From an uncultured Candidatus Binatia bacterium (GTDB lineage Bacteria > Desulfobacterota > Binatia > UBA9968 > JAJDTQ01), in contig OZ244070.1 of assembly GCA_965215605.1 (NCBI GenBank), positions 3,008,001 through 3,072,000 of the forward strand: a DNA stretch of 64,000 nucleotides, read 5' to 3'. Under the pieces are notes generated by a model. It made no database searches. It was not told the DNA's origin and saw nothing but the letters and a program-made list of their open reading frames with translations. Positions 10,059 to 19,460 of the stretch are shown here, in pieces. Position 1 is the first letter of the stretch, and every line of letters starts with the position of its first letter. A program made the position numbers and the translations under genes.

Positions 10059-11189
10059 TTACGCGGTGAGCTTCCGGTGCAGCCACTGAGTCAGGACGTT
10101 CAGCGCCGGCTCGTTGGACTTGCCCGGGACCCGGCCCATGTGCCCTCCGTCCGGAAAGATGCAGACCTCCTTGGGACTGCCGTGCTCGAGCAGCAGGTAG
10201 AAGTCGTCGATGGGATGCTGGTCGTCGAGCTTGCCGTTGATGAGCAGCAGCGGGGCGCAGGGCTGGTCGATGAGGCTCTGGGTCACCAGGGAGAGTTGCG
10301 GCGCCAGCCTCAGGATCTCGTCGAGGTCACGGGTGCGGAAGATGTAGCCGCGGGCGTCCAGCAGGCTGGCCGGTCCCATGAGATATTGCTCCGCCCGGGT
10401 GGTCAGCGCGGGCCGCAGCCACTCTTCCTGGAACGTGAGATGCACGCCGCCGCCCCAATCCACCGCGCCTTTCAGCCGTTTGGCTTCCACGTGGGCCACC
10501 TTGGCGGCCCAGTAGCCGCCGAAGCTTCCTCCCATGACACCGAGGCGTGAACCGTCCACGTCGGCGCGTGTCTCCAGGTAGTCGAGGGCGGCGGAGAAGG
10601 TGCGCTCCGCCGTCGGATCGGACCCCAGGACGGGGCTCTCGCCGACCCCGGGCATGTCGATGGCCATGGTGGCGAGGCCCAGCCGGTGGAGCGCCTCGCT
10701 GGGCCTCCGCCGGTCCTCCTTCCAGCCGTCGACGCCGCCCCAGTGGAGCACCACCGGCGGCCGGTCCGCTTCGCGGGGGATCTGCAGATAGCAGACGATG
10801 GACTTCCCCTCGAAGGGGATTTCCACCCGCTCCACGGGCGGGTCCATGTGCGGCGCCGCCTTGAGGAAGTTCCGCAGCGATGCCTGGTAGCAGGCTTTCT
10901 TCCCGGGCGTCGAGGCCACCGGGTAGCGGCCGATGCGGTAGTAGTCGTAGGCGAGATAGTAGGACTCGCCGCACGGCTCCCCGTTCTTCTCCTGCCTTTG
11001 CCCCAACGTCTCGTAGCGCTCCCCCATGCGGCCCCAGACCTCCGCCCAGTGGTCGTCCTCGGTGGATTGGAGCCATCCCACCACTTCCTCCGCGTCATCC
11101 GGCCTGACCCATTCAAAGGGGTTGGCGCGACCGGCGCGGCGCAGGATCTCGGGTTTCAGTTCTTCAAGGGAACGCATTCCTGATTTCAT
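10059..11189 (-). CDS. Alpha/beta hydrolase (FrsA / 2,6-dihydroxy-pseudooxynicotine hydrolase-like)
   Basis: GRYP, HWGGVDGWKED, DMPGVGES, GGSFGGYW, NGKLD and GGHMG. Confidence 0.85.
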   Translation of the reverse strand: MKSGMRSLEELKPEILRRAGRANPFEWVRPDDAEEVVGWLQSTEDDHWAEVWGRMGERYETLGQRQEKNGEPCGESYYLAYDYYRIGRYPVASTPGKKACYQASLRNFLKAAPHMDPPVERVEIPFEGKSIVCYLQIPREADRPPVVLHWGGVDGWKEDRRRPSEALHRLGLATMAIDMPGVGESPVLGSDPTAERTFSAALDYLETRADVDGSRLGVMGGSFGGYWAAKVAHVEAKRLKGAVDWGGGVHLTFQEEWLRPALTTRAEQYLMGPASLLDARGYIFRTRDLDEILRLAPQLSLVTQSLIDQPCAPLLLINGKLDDQHPIDDFYLLLEHGSPKEVCIFPDGGHMGRVPGKSNEPALNVLTQWLHRKLTA

Positions 11190-11230
11190 CGCGGCCTCCG
11201 TGCGTGTTTTCCCTACGTCTAATGCAGGGG

Positions 11231-11244
11231 TTGACCGCCGTCAA
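11231..11244. promoter_or_regulatory. Palindrome TTGAC-N4-GTCAA between divergent genes (back-to-back -35 boxes or FNR/CRP-type site)
   Basis: TTGACcgccGTCAA, with TATAGC downstream on + and TAGACG 17 nt downstream on -. Confidence 0.5.
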
Positions 11245-11317
11245 TGAGACGGGCTATAGCCCAAGCGGCGCGCGACAGGCCGCGTCGCGCGGAACGGCAG
11301 GATCCGGGAGGCATACC

Positions 11318-12289
11318 ATGACGGAACGAAGAGTCGGCGTCGAGATTCCCGGGTCCGATGTCCATGGGGTGCTCGAAGACATCCGCCAGGCTGAAACCCT
11401 GGGCATCCAGGCCGCGTGGCTGACCACCGGCGGCCCCAGGACCGCCGACAACAACATCCGCCGAGACACTCCGAGTATCCTGGCCGCGGCGGCCATGTCC
11501 ACCCGGACCATCCAACTGGGCACCGCCATCGTCCTGACCTGGCCCCGCCACCCCCTTTCCTTCGTCGAATACTGCGAGGCCATGGCCCAGCTCGCTCCGG
11601 GCCGGTTCCGCCTGGGCGTGGGTCCGGGCAACAAGGCGCCCATCGAACGCACCTACGGGTTCGCGTTCGAGCGTCCGTTGGCCCACCTGACCGAGTACGT
11701 GCGGATCGTGCGGGCGGTGCTGCGTGAGGGGGCGGTGGATTTCGAGGGGCGCTACTACCGCGCGCAGACGGCGGACAACGAGCCGGTGGACGTGCCGGTC
11801 ATGATCTCGGCCGTGCGGCCGAAGTCCTTCGAGCTGGCCGGCCGCTTCACGGACGGCGCCATAAGCTGGTTGTGTCCCGGCAGCTACCTGCGGGACGTGG
11901 CCTTGCCGGCCATGGCCGCCGGGGCGGAGAAGGGGGGGCAGCCGCCGCCGCCGCTTATTGCGCACGTGGGACTCAGCGTCCACGGGGACTGGGACGAAGT
12001 CGAGGCGGTGGCAAGGGAGCGTTTCGACTCGTACATGCGGCGGGATCCCTACGTGGAGATGTACCGCCTCGCCGGCTTCAGGGAAGCGGAGAAGCGCGCC
12101 TGGAGCACTCCGATGTTGAAGGCGCTGGTGATATCCGGCGACGAAGCGGACGCGGAGAGGCGGTTGCGGGAGCTCTTTTCCTTCGGCGCCGCCGAGATCA
12201 TGGTCAGCGTGATTCCCGCCGGCAGCGACCCGGACGCCAGCCGGCAACGGACCCTGCGGTTCCTCGGCGAGTTCGCGCGGACCCCGTGA
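11318..12289 (+). CDS. LLM-class (luciferase-like) flavin/F420-dependent oxidoreductase
   Basis: IQLGTAI..PRHP, PGRFRLGVGPG, VDFEGRYY and LAGRFTDG motifs. RBS GGGAGG. Confidence 0.88.
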   Translation: MTERRVGVEIPGSDVHGVLEDIRQAETLGIQAAWLTTGGPRTADNNIRRDTPSILAAAAMSTRTIQLGTAIVLTWPRHPLSFVEYCEAMAQLAPGRFRLGVGPGNKAPIERTYGFAFERPLAHLTEYVRIVRAVLREGAVDFEGRYYRAQTADNEPVDVPVMISAVRPKSFELAGRFTDGAISWLCPGSYLRDVALPAMAAGAEKGGQPPPPLIAHVGLSVHGDWDEVEAVARERFDSYMRRDPYVEMYRLAGFREAEKRAWSTPMLKALVISGDEADAERRLRELFSFGAAEIMVSVIPAGSDPDASRQRTLRFLGEFARTP

Positions 12290-12310
12290 ACCGAACGCGC
12301 GAATATCCTC

Positions 12311-13150
12311 TTACACCCCCGGACAAGTGGCGGTGACGCCGCCGTCCACCGGCAGCATCACGCCGGTGATGTATTCAGCGTCGTCCGAGGCCAGGAACAG
12401 CGCGGCCTTCGCCACGTCCCATGCGGTGCCGCCCCGGCCCAACGGGACGACGGCGTCGCGGGCCTGGCGGTATTCCTCCGCCGAAGTGAAACCCTTGTGC
12501 TCGTAACTGGGTTTCCCCGCCACCAGCCGCCGTGTGAACGGCGTGTCGATGTAGCCGGGAAGCACGCAATTGGCGCGGATGTGCCTGTCGGCGTATTGCA
12601 GCGCCAGATTCTGCGTGAGCAGGTTGACGGCGCCCTTGGCCGCGGAGTAGGAGGCCGTGGGCACGTTGACGTGGCGCATGCTGGCGATGGACGAGATGTT
12701 GACGATGGCGCCGCCGCCCTGCCGGATCATGATGGGGATGACCGCCTTGCACGTAAGCAGCACGGAAGTCACGTTGCGGGCCAGCACCGCGTCCCAGTCG
12801 TCGCGCTCGATGTCCAGGACCCAGCGTCCGGGGCCCTGGCCGCCCACGTTGTTGTGAAGGATGTCGATGCGTCCGAAGGCGTCCATGCAGGCGTCGACCA
12901 TGGCCTTGACCTCCGTCTCCGAGGTCACGTCCGCGGCGAACGCGGCGCACACGCCGCCCTCTTCCTCGATGATGGCCTTGGTTTCCTCCGCCGCTTCCGG
13001 ACGGTAGTCCACGGCGAACACCTTGGCCCCCTCCCGGGCGTAAAGCACGGCCGCGGCCTTGCCGTTGCCCCATCCGGACTCGATGGACCCGGCGCCGGCC
13101 ACCAGCGCCACCTTGCCCTTCACCCGCTCCCCTCTCTCGATTGCTTCCAT
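12311..13150 (-). CDS. Short-chain dehydrogenase/reductase
   Basis: GKVALVAGAG, NNVG, NISS, YSAAK and VDGG. Confidence 0.92.
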   Translation of the reverse strand: MEAIERGERVKGKVALVAGAGSIESGWGNGKAAAVLYAREGAKVFAVDYRPEAAEETKAIIEEEGGVCAAFAADVTSETEVKAMVDACMDAFGRIDILHNNVGGQGPGRWVLDIERDDWDAVLARNVTSVLLTCKAVIPIMIRQGGGAIVNISSIASMRHVNVPTASYSAAKGAVNLLTQNLALQYADRHIRANCVLPGYIDTPFTRRLVAGKPSYEHKGFTSAEEYRQARDAVVPLGRGGTAWDVAKAALFLASDDAEYITGVMLPVDGGVTATCPGV

Positions 13151-13232
13151 GGTGTCTTGCCTCCGGTCGTTTCGATTGGTGGAGCTTCCGGGGGTGCCGA
13201 GGCCCTGCCTCGGCGAGTTCCGGAGCCGGAAG

Positions 13233-13667
13233 TCAGATGTAATACATGTGCGGCCGGTCTTCCGGCTCGCAGATATCGGCGAGGGTGATCCCGTCGATGA
13301 CCTCTTCCATGGCGGCGTTGGCCTTCCGCCAGGTCTCCAGCACCTTCCGGGCCGCCACCGAATCGGCCGTGTACTTGCGCAGGTTTTCCTCCGGTGCGGT
13401 CACCGGGCCGCTCAGGACCTCCAGCACGTCCCTCAGCGGGATCTGATCCGGCGCCCGGGTGAGATAGTATCCACCGCCGGGTCCCCGGTTGGCGCGCACG
13501 AGGTCCGCCTGCTTCAGCGAGATCATGATCTGGCCCAGAAACTCCTCGGGAATCGCCTTCCTCGCCGCGATCTCCTTCACCTGAATCGGCGTCTTCGCGT
13601 CCCACAACCGCACCAGTTCCTCCAGCGCCAGAATGCCGTAAGTGCCGCGAGAGCTAATCTTCATCAT
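13233..13667 (-). CDS. Rrf2-family transcriptional regulator
   Basis: MKISSRGTYG, IP..FLGQI..L..A.LV...RGPGGGY.L, ITLADI. Lacks the IscR Cys triad. Confidence 0.9.
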   Translation of the reverse strand: MMKISSRGTYGILALEELVRLWDAKTPIQVKEIAARKAIPEEFLGQIMISLKQADLVRANRGPGGGYYLTRAPDQIPLRDVLEVLSGPVTAPEENLRKYTADSVAARKVLETWRKANAAMEEVIDGITLADICEPEDRPHMYYI

Positions 13668-13685
13668 CGCACCGTTGGGTCATAC

Positions 13686-15611
13686 CTACGCCGGAACCTC
13701 GATTTCGTCCAGGGCCTCCGGGTTGGCCAACGCTTCGCGGTTCCGGACCGGCCGGCGGTTGAGGATGGCCGACACGGCGTTCTCCACCTTTTTCCCGTTG
13801 CGTGTAACCGGCACCTGGCTGATCCGCTGCACCATGGCCGGCACGTGGCGGGGTGTGGCCTGGGCCCGGATGGCCGAACGGATGGCGTCGGCGGTTTCCG
13901 CGTCCAGGGCCTGGTTGAGCACCACGAACAGCGCCACCCGGGTCTCGCCCTCCCGCCGGTAGCTGGCGACAATGCTGTCCTGGACGAACGGCAGCCGGTC
14001 GACGATGCGGTAGATCTCGGCGGTGCCGAACCGGATTCCGGCTGGGTTGAGCGTCGTGTCGCTGCGTCCGTATATCACGAAACCCCGCTCCGGCGTGACC
14101 TCGACGTAGTCGCCGTGACGCCAGACGTCCAGATAGGTGTCGAAGTAGGTCTCGCGGTACCGGGCGTCCCCGGGGTCGTTCCAGAAGCCCAACGGCATGG
14201 AGGGGAAGGGTTTCCGGCACACCAGCTCGCCCTGCTCGCCCGCCACCGGCCGCCCCTGCTCGTCGAAGACGGCGACGTCCACGCCGAGGGCTGGGCCCTG
14301 GATCTGGCCGGGGTATACCGGTGACAACGGGTTCCCGAGGACGAAGCACCCGACGATGTCCGTGCCGCCCGAAATGGAGCAGAGCTGCACGCCGGGCCGG
14401 ATAGCCCCGTCGACGTAATGGAACTGGGAGGCCTCCAGCGGCGCGCCGGTGGAGAGCACCGTGCGCATGTCGGCGAGCCCGTACTTGCCGGCGGCCCGGA
14501 ACCCAGCCTTCTCCAGCGTGGCGAGAAGCTTCGGGCTGGTGCCGAACACGGTGATGCCGTGGTCTTCGGCGAGCCGGAACAGCCTGTCTTCCCGCGGGTA
14601 GGCAGGGCTGCCGTCGTACAGGACCACGGTGGCGCCCTGGGCCAGTGCGCTCACCAGCCAGTGCCACATCATCCAGCCGCAGGTGGTGAAGAAGAAGACG
14701 GTGTCGTGCCGGTCGACGTCGGTATGAAGCTTGTGCTCCGCGTGGTGCTTGAGGGCGGTGCCGCCGGCGCCGTGGACGATGCACTTGGGCAGTCCCGTGG
14801 TGCCGGAGGTGTAAAGGATATAGACCGGGTGGTCGAAGGGAAGATCGGCGAACGTGAGCTCCCCGGCGTCGCCGGCGAGAAACGAGTCCCACGCCACCGC
14901 GCCCGCGGGCAGGGTCTGCTGCGTGCCCGGGACGACGACCCACCGCTCCAGGCCCGGCAGCGAGTCCGCCAGCCGCCGGGATTTCTCCATGCAGTCGTGG
15001 CGCCGGCCATTGTAGGAGTAGCCGTCGACGGACAGCAGCACCTTGGGGTCGATCTGTCTGAACCGATCGAATGCGCCCTGGTAGCCGAAGTCCGGCGAGG
15101 TAGCGCTCCACACGCCGCCCAACGAGGTGGTCGCCAGCATCGCCACCACGGCTTCGAGAGCGTTGGGCAGATACCCCGCGACGCGGTCGCCGGGCTTGAT
15201 GCCCACGCGCCGAAGGGCGGCCTGGCAGCGGGCCGTGAGCGCACGCAGTTCCCGGAAGGTCACCGCGCGGCATTGCCCACTCTCGTTCTCTTCGATGATG
15301 GCGACGCGGTCGTCGCGGTGCCGGAGAAGCTGCCGGGCGAAGTTGAACCGGGTGCCGGGGAACCACACTTCGCGGCCCAGCCGCCCGGCCGGGGGCATGG
15401 AGCGGTCCGCCAGCACCGCCCCGGCCTGCCGCCGTCCCGTGGCGTCCAGCCACGCCGCTTCCCAGAAGGCCTCCAGTTGCGACACGCTCCATTGATGCAG
15501 CGAGTGGAAGGAGTCGCCGGCGATATCGTGGTCGGCGCGCAACCGTTCACGGAACCGGTAAAGGTGGGATTCCCGGATCTGTCGTTCCGTGGGCGACCAG
15601 AGGGGCGTCAT
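13686..15611 (-). CDS. Acetoacetyl-CoA synthetase (acetoacetate-CoA ligase)
   Basis: PLWSP, WFPG..FNFA, YTSGTTGLPKCIVHG, FTTCGWMMW, SISGGTDI, WRHGD, GRSDTTLNP and NGKKVE. Confidence 0.92.
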   Translation of the reverse strand: MTPLWSPTERQIRESHLYRFRERLRADHDIAGDSFHSLHQWSVSQLEAFWEAAWLDATGRRQAGAVLADRSMPPAGRLGREVWFPGTRFNFARQLLRHRDDRVAIIEENESGQCRAVTFRELRALTARCQAALRRVGIKPGDRVAGYLPNALEAVVAMLATTSLGGVWSATSPDFGYQGAFDRFRQIDPKVLLSVDGYSYNGRRHDCMEKSRRLADSLPGLERWVVVPGTQQTLPAGAVAWDSFLAGDAGELTFADLPFDHPVYILYTSGTTGLPKCIVHGAGGTALKHHAEHKLHTDVDRHDTVFFFTTCGWMMWHWLVSALAQGATVVLYDGSPAYPREDRLFRLAEDHGITVFGTSPKLLATLEKAGFRAAGKYGLADMRTVLSTGAPLEASQFHYVDGAIRPGVQLCSISGGTDIVGCFVLGNPLSPVYPGQIQGPALGVDVAVFDEQGRPVAGEQGELVCRKPFPSMPLGFWNDPGDARYRETYFDTYLDVWRHGDYVEVTPERGFVIYGRSDTTLNPAGIRFGTAEIYRIVDRLPFVQDSIVASYRREGETRVALFVVLNQALDAETADAIRSAIRAQATPRHVPAMVQRISQVPVTRNGKKVENAVSAILNRRPVRNREALANPEALDEIEVPA

Positions 15612-15635
15612 GCTGCACCTCCCGTGCGGGGCCGG

Positions 15636-16325
15636 TCAGGACCCCGGGCGAGGCTCCCGTTTCCCGGCGGCATGGTCGGGCTCGGCGAACGGACAGAGGC
15701 GGTTCTTCATGACGACGGCCCGGTTGGACGCGTCGAAGCCGGTCCTGAGCTCGAAATCGAGGTGCATCACCGATTCGGGATCGTCGGTGTGGACGGCTCC
15801 CAGGAGGTGTCCCATTTCATGAATCAACGCCAGCGCGTCGTGGTTCAGCTCGTCCCCGTGGGTAAAGGTCTCGCCGACGTGGCTCACGATGTAGTTTCCC
15901 AGTCCCTCGGTGCAGTTGCCCAGGCGGTCCGCGCGGGCGCGGCCGCCGCGGTAGAAGTTGAGCGGCTGCTGGGTCAACCCGATGACGACGTCATGGGGCT
16001 GGTTGCCGCCCGCCCTGGGATAGGAGAGCTTGAGGCGTTTCATCAAGGTGACCGAGGAGGCCGTGGTCCTATCGACGCGCCAGGGTTCCGTGGCCTGTCG
16101 CACCAGCCGGATACCGAACCGTTCCTCGTAGTAGTCCGACGCCGCCCGCAGCAGGTCCTTGGCCGTGTCGCGCCAGAGCGGTTCGTGTCGTCGCAATATC
16201 GGACCGGCCACCAGCTTGACCCGGACCACCCGGAGCGGGCGGGTGGTCCCGTCCGGCGGCCGGGCGGTGCAGCCCGCCAGCACGAGGCCGCTAAAGACGA
16301 ACCAGATTATCAGGCGGCGCGTCAT
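15636..16325 (-). CDS. Lipoprotein zinc metallopeptidase (metzincin-like)
   Basis: Lipobox LVLAGC, HEMGHLLGAVH zinc motif and SVM Met-turn. Confidence 0.75.
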   Translation of the reverse strand: MTRRLIIWFVFSGLVLAGCTARPPDGTTRPLRVVRVKLVAGPILRRHEPLWRDTAKDLLRAASDYYEERFGIRLVRQATEPWRVDRTTASSVTLMKRLKLSYPRAGGNQPHDVVIGLTQQPLNFYRGGRARADRLGNCTEGLGNYIVSHVGETFTHGDELNHDALALIHEMGHLLGAVHTDDPESVMHLDFELRTGFDASNRAVVMKNRLCPFAEPDHAAGKREPRPGS

Positions 16326-17247
16326 CGTCGGTAAGAGGCTCGACATCGTCCTGGTCCAGGGCGCCCGCGTAGTAGCACCTCCGGATCTTGCTGGCCGGGT
16401 CGGGGAAGAGGTCCCGGCCGAGGCGGATCGCCCGCCGTTCCATCTCCTTCAGGCTCATGCGTTCCCGCGCCTTGCTGGCCAGGACCACGATGTTCTGAAT
16501 TTCGCCCAGGACGTGGCCGCGGTTGCCGAACGTGGGGAAGGTGTAGACTTGCGGGAACAGGCCCGCGAGGGTCTTGATGGCGGCACGGATGAGCTTGCTG
16601 TCGGGTCCGCGCAGCGCGCCGATGAGATTGATCACGAGCACGCCCTCCGGCGTCATCCTGCGGTGGGCGGCGTCAAAGAACTCGCGCGTGGCCAGGTGGA
16701 AGGGCATGTTGTCGGCGTAGTAGGCGTCCAGCAGGATCAGGTCGAAACGGTCCTCGGTACGCGCCAGGTACTCCCGGCCGTCGCCGCTGTGCACCCGCTG
16801 GCGCGCATCCTCCCGGAAGTGGAAGAACTCCCGCGCGACCTCCACCACGTCGGGGTCGATCTCGATGGAGTCGATCTCCATCTCGGGGAACTCCTGGTGG
16901 TACTTCTTGGCCATGGATGCGCCGCCGAGCCCGATGATCAACGCCTTGGCGGCGTCCGGCCTGAGCACCAGCCCCAGGGAGGCGAAGCGGGAGTAGAGCA
17001 GTTCCAGGGCGGAAGGGTCGCGCCGGTCCATGGAGCTCTGCAGGGTGCCGTCGAAATAGAGGTAGCGGCGTTCCCGGGTTTCTTCCACCCGGATCCGGTG
17101 GTGGCCGGTATCCTTCTCGTACAGGGTCTTGGCCCATGCGCGCCCCAGCACGGCGGATTTCATGGCTCCCGGCAGCGCCGCCACGGACTGCCGGAGCCTG
17201 CCCCCGCCGTCCACGAGCCAGTCCGCGAGGCGTTGCACGGAGTTCAT
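16291..17247 (-). CDS. Spermidine synthase-like SAM-dependent protein
   Basis: LYFDGTLQS, LIIGLGGA, EIDPDVVEVA, GDGREYL, DLILLDAY, LATREF and LTDD.AP. Confidence 0.82.
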   Translation of the reverse strand: MNSVQRLADWLVDGGGRLRQSVAALPGAMKSAVLGRAWAKTLYEKDTGHHRIRVEETRERRYLYFDGTLQSSMDRRDPSALELLYSRFASLGLVLRPDAAKALIIGLGGASMAKKYHQEFPEMEIDSIEIDPDVVEVAREFFHFREDARQRVHSGDGREYLARTEDRFDLILLDAYYADNMPFHLATREFFDAAHRRMTPEGVLVINLIGALRGPDSKLIRAAIKTLAGLFPQVYTFPTFGNRGHVLGEIQNIVVLASKARERMSLKEMERRAIRLGRDLFPDPASKIRRCYYAGALDQDDVEPLTDDDAPPDNLVRL

Positions 17248-17271
17248 GCGCCCCGCCTGCCGGCAGCGGCG

Positions 17272-19269
17272 CTACAATTGACTGTAGTACCAGTCTTCAT
17301 GGACCAGCGACATGGGCTCCAGGAGATCCTCGGAGATCCCGTCGATGAACTGTGAGGGACGCGAGAACACCATCCCCAGGGAACGGTCGTACACGCGCGC
17401 GGGATAGGCGAAGAACAGGTTTTCCTTGGCGCGGGTGGCGGCCACGTAGAGCAGCCGGCGCTCTTCCTCCAGCTCCTCCAGGCTGTTGGTGTTGTAGTAC
17501 GACGGGAACCGGCCTTCCAGTGCCCAGATGACGAACACCGAATGCCACTCCAGCCCCTTGGCGGAGTGGACGGTGGAGAGCACCAGGGGGCCTTCGTCGG
17601 GGTCCACCGGCAGGGCCTCGTCGACGCTGGCGGAGGGCGGATCCAGCGCCATGTCGCTCAACAGGCGCTCGATGCTCTGGTAGCGTTCGGTGATCTCCTG
17701 GAAGTGCTCCAGGTCCCGCAGCCGCTTGGGATAGTCGTCGGCGTGTTTCCGCTTGAGGATCGGAAGATAGTACTGCATCAGGTAATGGGCCATGTCGGCG
17801 GGGCGGGTTCGTTCCGCGCACTCGCCCATAACCTGGGCCAGGGTCTTGAGCCCCTGCTTCGTCCGGCCCCGCGTTTCCATCCGCTTCAAGGCTTGGCCGG
17901 GATCCGCCTCGGCCAGCATCTGGTCGATGAGCTTGCGGCTCATCTGGGGGCCGATGCCCTCCAGCAGCATCAGCACCCGGCTCCAGGACACCGCGTCCCG
18001 CGGGTTGCTCACCACCCGCAGATGCGCCAGCAGGTCCTTCACATGGGCCGTTTCCATGAACTGGAAGCCGCCGCGCTTCACGAAGGGGATGTCGTGGCGG
18101 GCGAGCTCGATCTCGAGGTCGAATGAATGGAAGCTCGAGCGGAACAGCACCGCCATGTCCCACAGCGGCACTCCCTCTTCCCGCAGTTCCAGCACGCGCT
18201 GGCACACGAAGCGCGACTGGGCCTGCTCGCTCTCCGCCTGGACCAGCACCGGGACATCGCCTTCGCTCTTGCTGCTGAACAGGGTTTTCTCGTAGCGCTC
18301 CGAGGCCCGGGTGATGATCTCGTTGGTGAGCCGCAGGATGGGCTGGGTGCTGCGGTAGTTTTCCTCCAGCGCGATGATCGTTGTTCCCGGAAACTCGTTC
18401 GGGAAGTCCATGATGTTACGGAAGTTGGCGCCGCGGAAGGAGTAGATGCTCTGGGCGTCGTCGCCCACCGCCATGACGTTGTCGTGGGTGAAGGCCAGCC
18501 GGCGGACGATGTCCGATTGAAGGCGGTTGGTGTCCTGATATTCGTCCACCATGATGAAGCGAAAGCGCTCCGACAACCGGCGCCGCAAGTCCTCGTGCGA
18601 GTCCAGGAGGTCCCGGAGGCAGGTGAGCAGATCGTCGTAGTCCAGCAGGGACTTCTCGCGTTTGTAGACCTGGTAGCGTTCCGCGATGGTCGACAGTTCC
18701 TCCAGGAAATCCGCCAGGTGCGGGTAATCGCGCGCCACGATGTCGGGGAGAGGCACCTGCTTGTTGCGCGCCAGGCTGTGGATCTCGGCGATGGTCTGTT
18801 TCCGCGGAAAGCGCTTCTCCCGGCTGTCCAGACCCATCTGCGAGCGCAGGAGCTGGATCACGTCCTCGCTGTCGGAGCGGTCCATGATGGTGAAGCTCGG
18901 CGCCAGGCCCAGGAGTTGGCCGTATTGCCGCAGCACCATGTTGCCGAAGGAGTGGAACGTTCCCCCGGCCACGCGCTCGCAACGGGAGTCGGTCAGAAGG
19001 CTCGCCCGCCGCAGCATCTCTTCGGAGGCACGGCGGGTGAAGGTAAGCAGCAGGATCGATCGCGGGTCGATGCCCCTTTCAATGAGCCGGGCCACCCGGT
19101 AGACCAACGTACGGGTCTTTCCGGTGCCGGCGCCGGCGACGACCAGGAGCGGACCCTCGAGGAAGGTCGCGGCTTGCCGCTGCGCCTCGTTGAGCTCATC
19201 CTCATAGGCGATGGGGGATCCGGTGCGCGACGGTGCCGTGTCGCTCCTTAGGACGTATTTGCGCGCCAA
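17272..19269 (-). CDS. UvrD/PcrA/Rep-family SF1 DNA helicase
   Basis: AGAGTGKT, TFT, TFHSF, VDEYQD, VGDDAQSIYSFRGA, ENYRS, TVHSAKGLEW and YVAATRA. Likely TTG start at 19269 after GGAG. Confidence 0.92.
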   Translation of the reverse strand: MARKYVLRSDTAPSRTGSPIAYEDELNEAQRQAATFLEGPLLVVAGAGTGKTRTLVYRVARLIERGIDPRSILLLTFTRRASEEMLRRASLLTDSRCERVAGGTFHSFGNMVLRQYGQLLGLAPSFTIMDRSDSEDVIQLLRSQMGLDSREKRFPRKQTIAEIHSLARNKQVPLPDIVARDYPHLADFLEELSTIAERYQVYKREKSLLDYDDLLTCLRDLLDSHEDLRRRLSERFRFIMVDEYQDTNRLQSDIVRRLAFTHDNVMAVGDDAQSIYSFRGANFRNIMDFPNEFPGTTIIALEENYRSTQPILRLTNEIITRASERYEKTLFSSKSEGDVPVLVQAESEQAQSRFVCQRVLELREEGVPLWDMAVLFRSSFHSFDLEIELARHDIPFVKRGGFQFMETAHVKDLLAHLRVVSNPRDAVSWSRVLMLLEGIGPQMSRKLIDQMLAEADPGQALKRMETRGRTKQGLKTLAQVMGECAERTRPADMAHYLMQYYLPILKRKHADDYPKRLRDLEHFQEITERYQSIERLLSDMALDPPSASVDEALPVDPDEGPLVLSTVHSAKGLEWHSVFVIWALEGRFPSYYNTNSLEELEEERRLLYVAATRAKENLFFAYPARVYDRSLGMVFSRPSQFIDGISEDLLEPMSLVHEDWYYSQL

Positions 19270-19460
19270 GCCTGATCTCCAGTGATCTCCAGACGGTTGC
19301 CGGCGCGGGAGGCCGGCCTCGAGGCGTCCCGGAACCGCGGCGCCGGGACAGACCGGAAGGTTATCACAACGCGCCTTCCGCGGAAAGATTGGTTGTTGTA
19401 AACCCAAGGGTGAGGAACGCAATACTAGACAGGGCAGAAACACTCGATTGGATGGAATCC

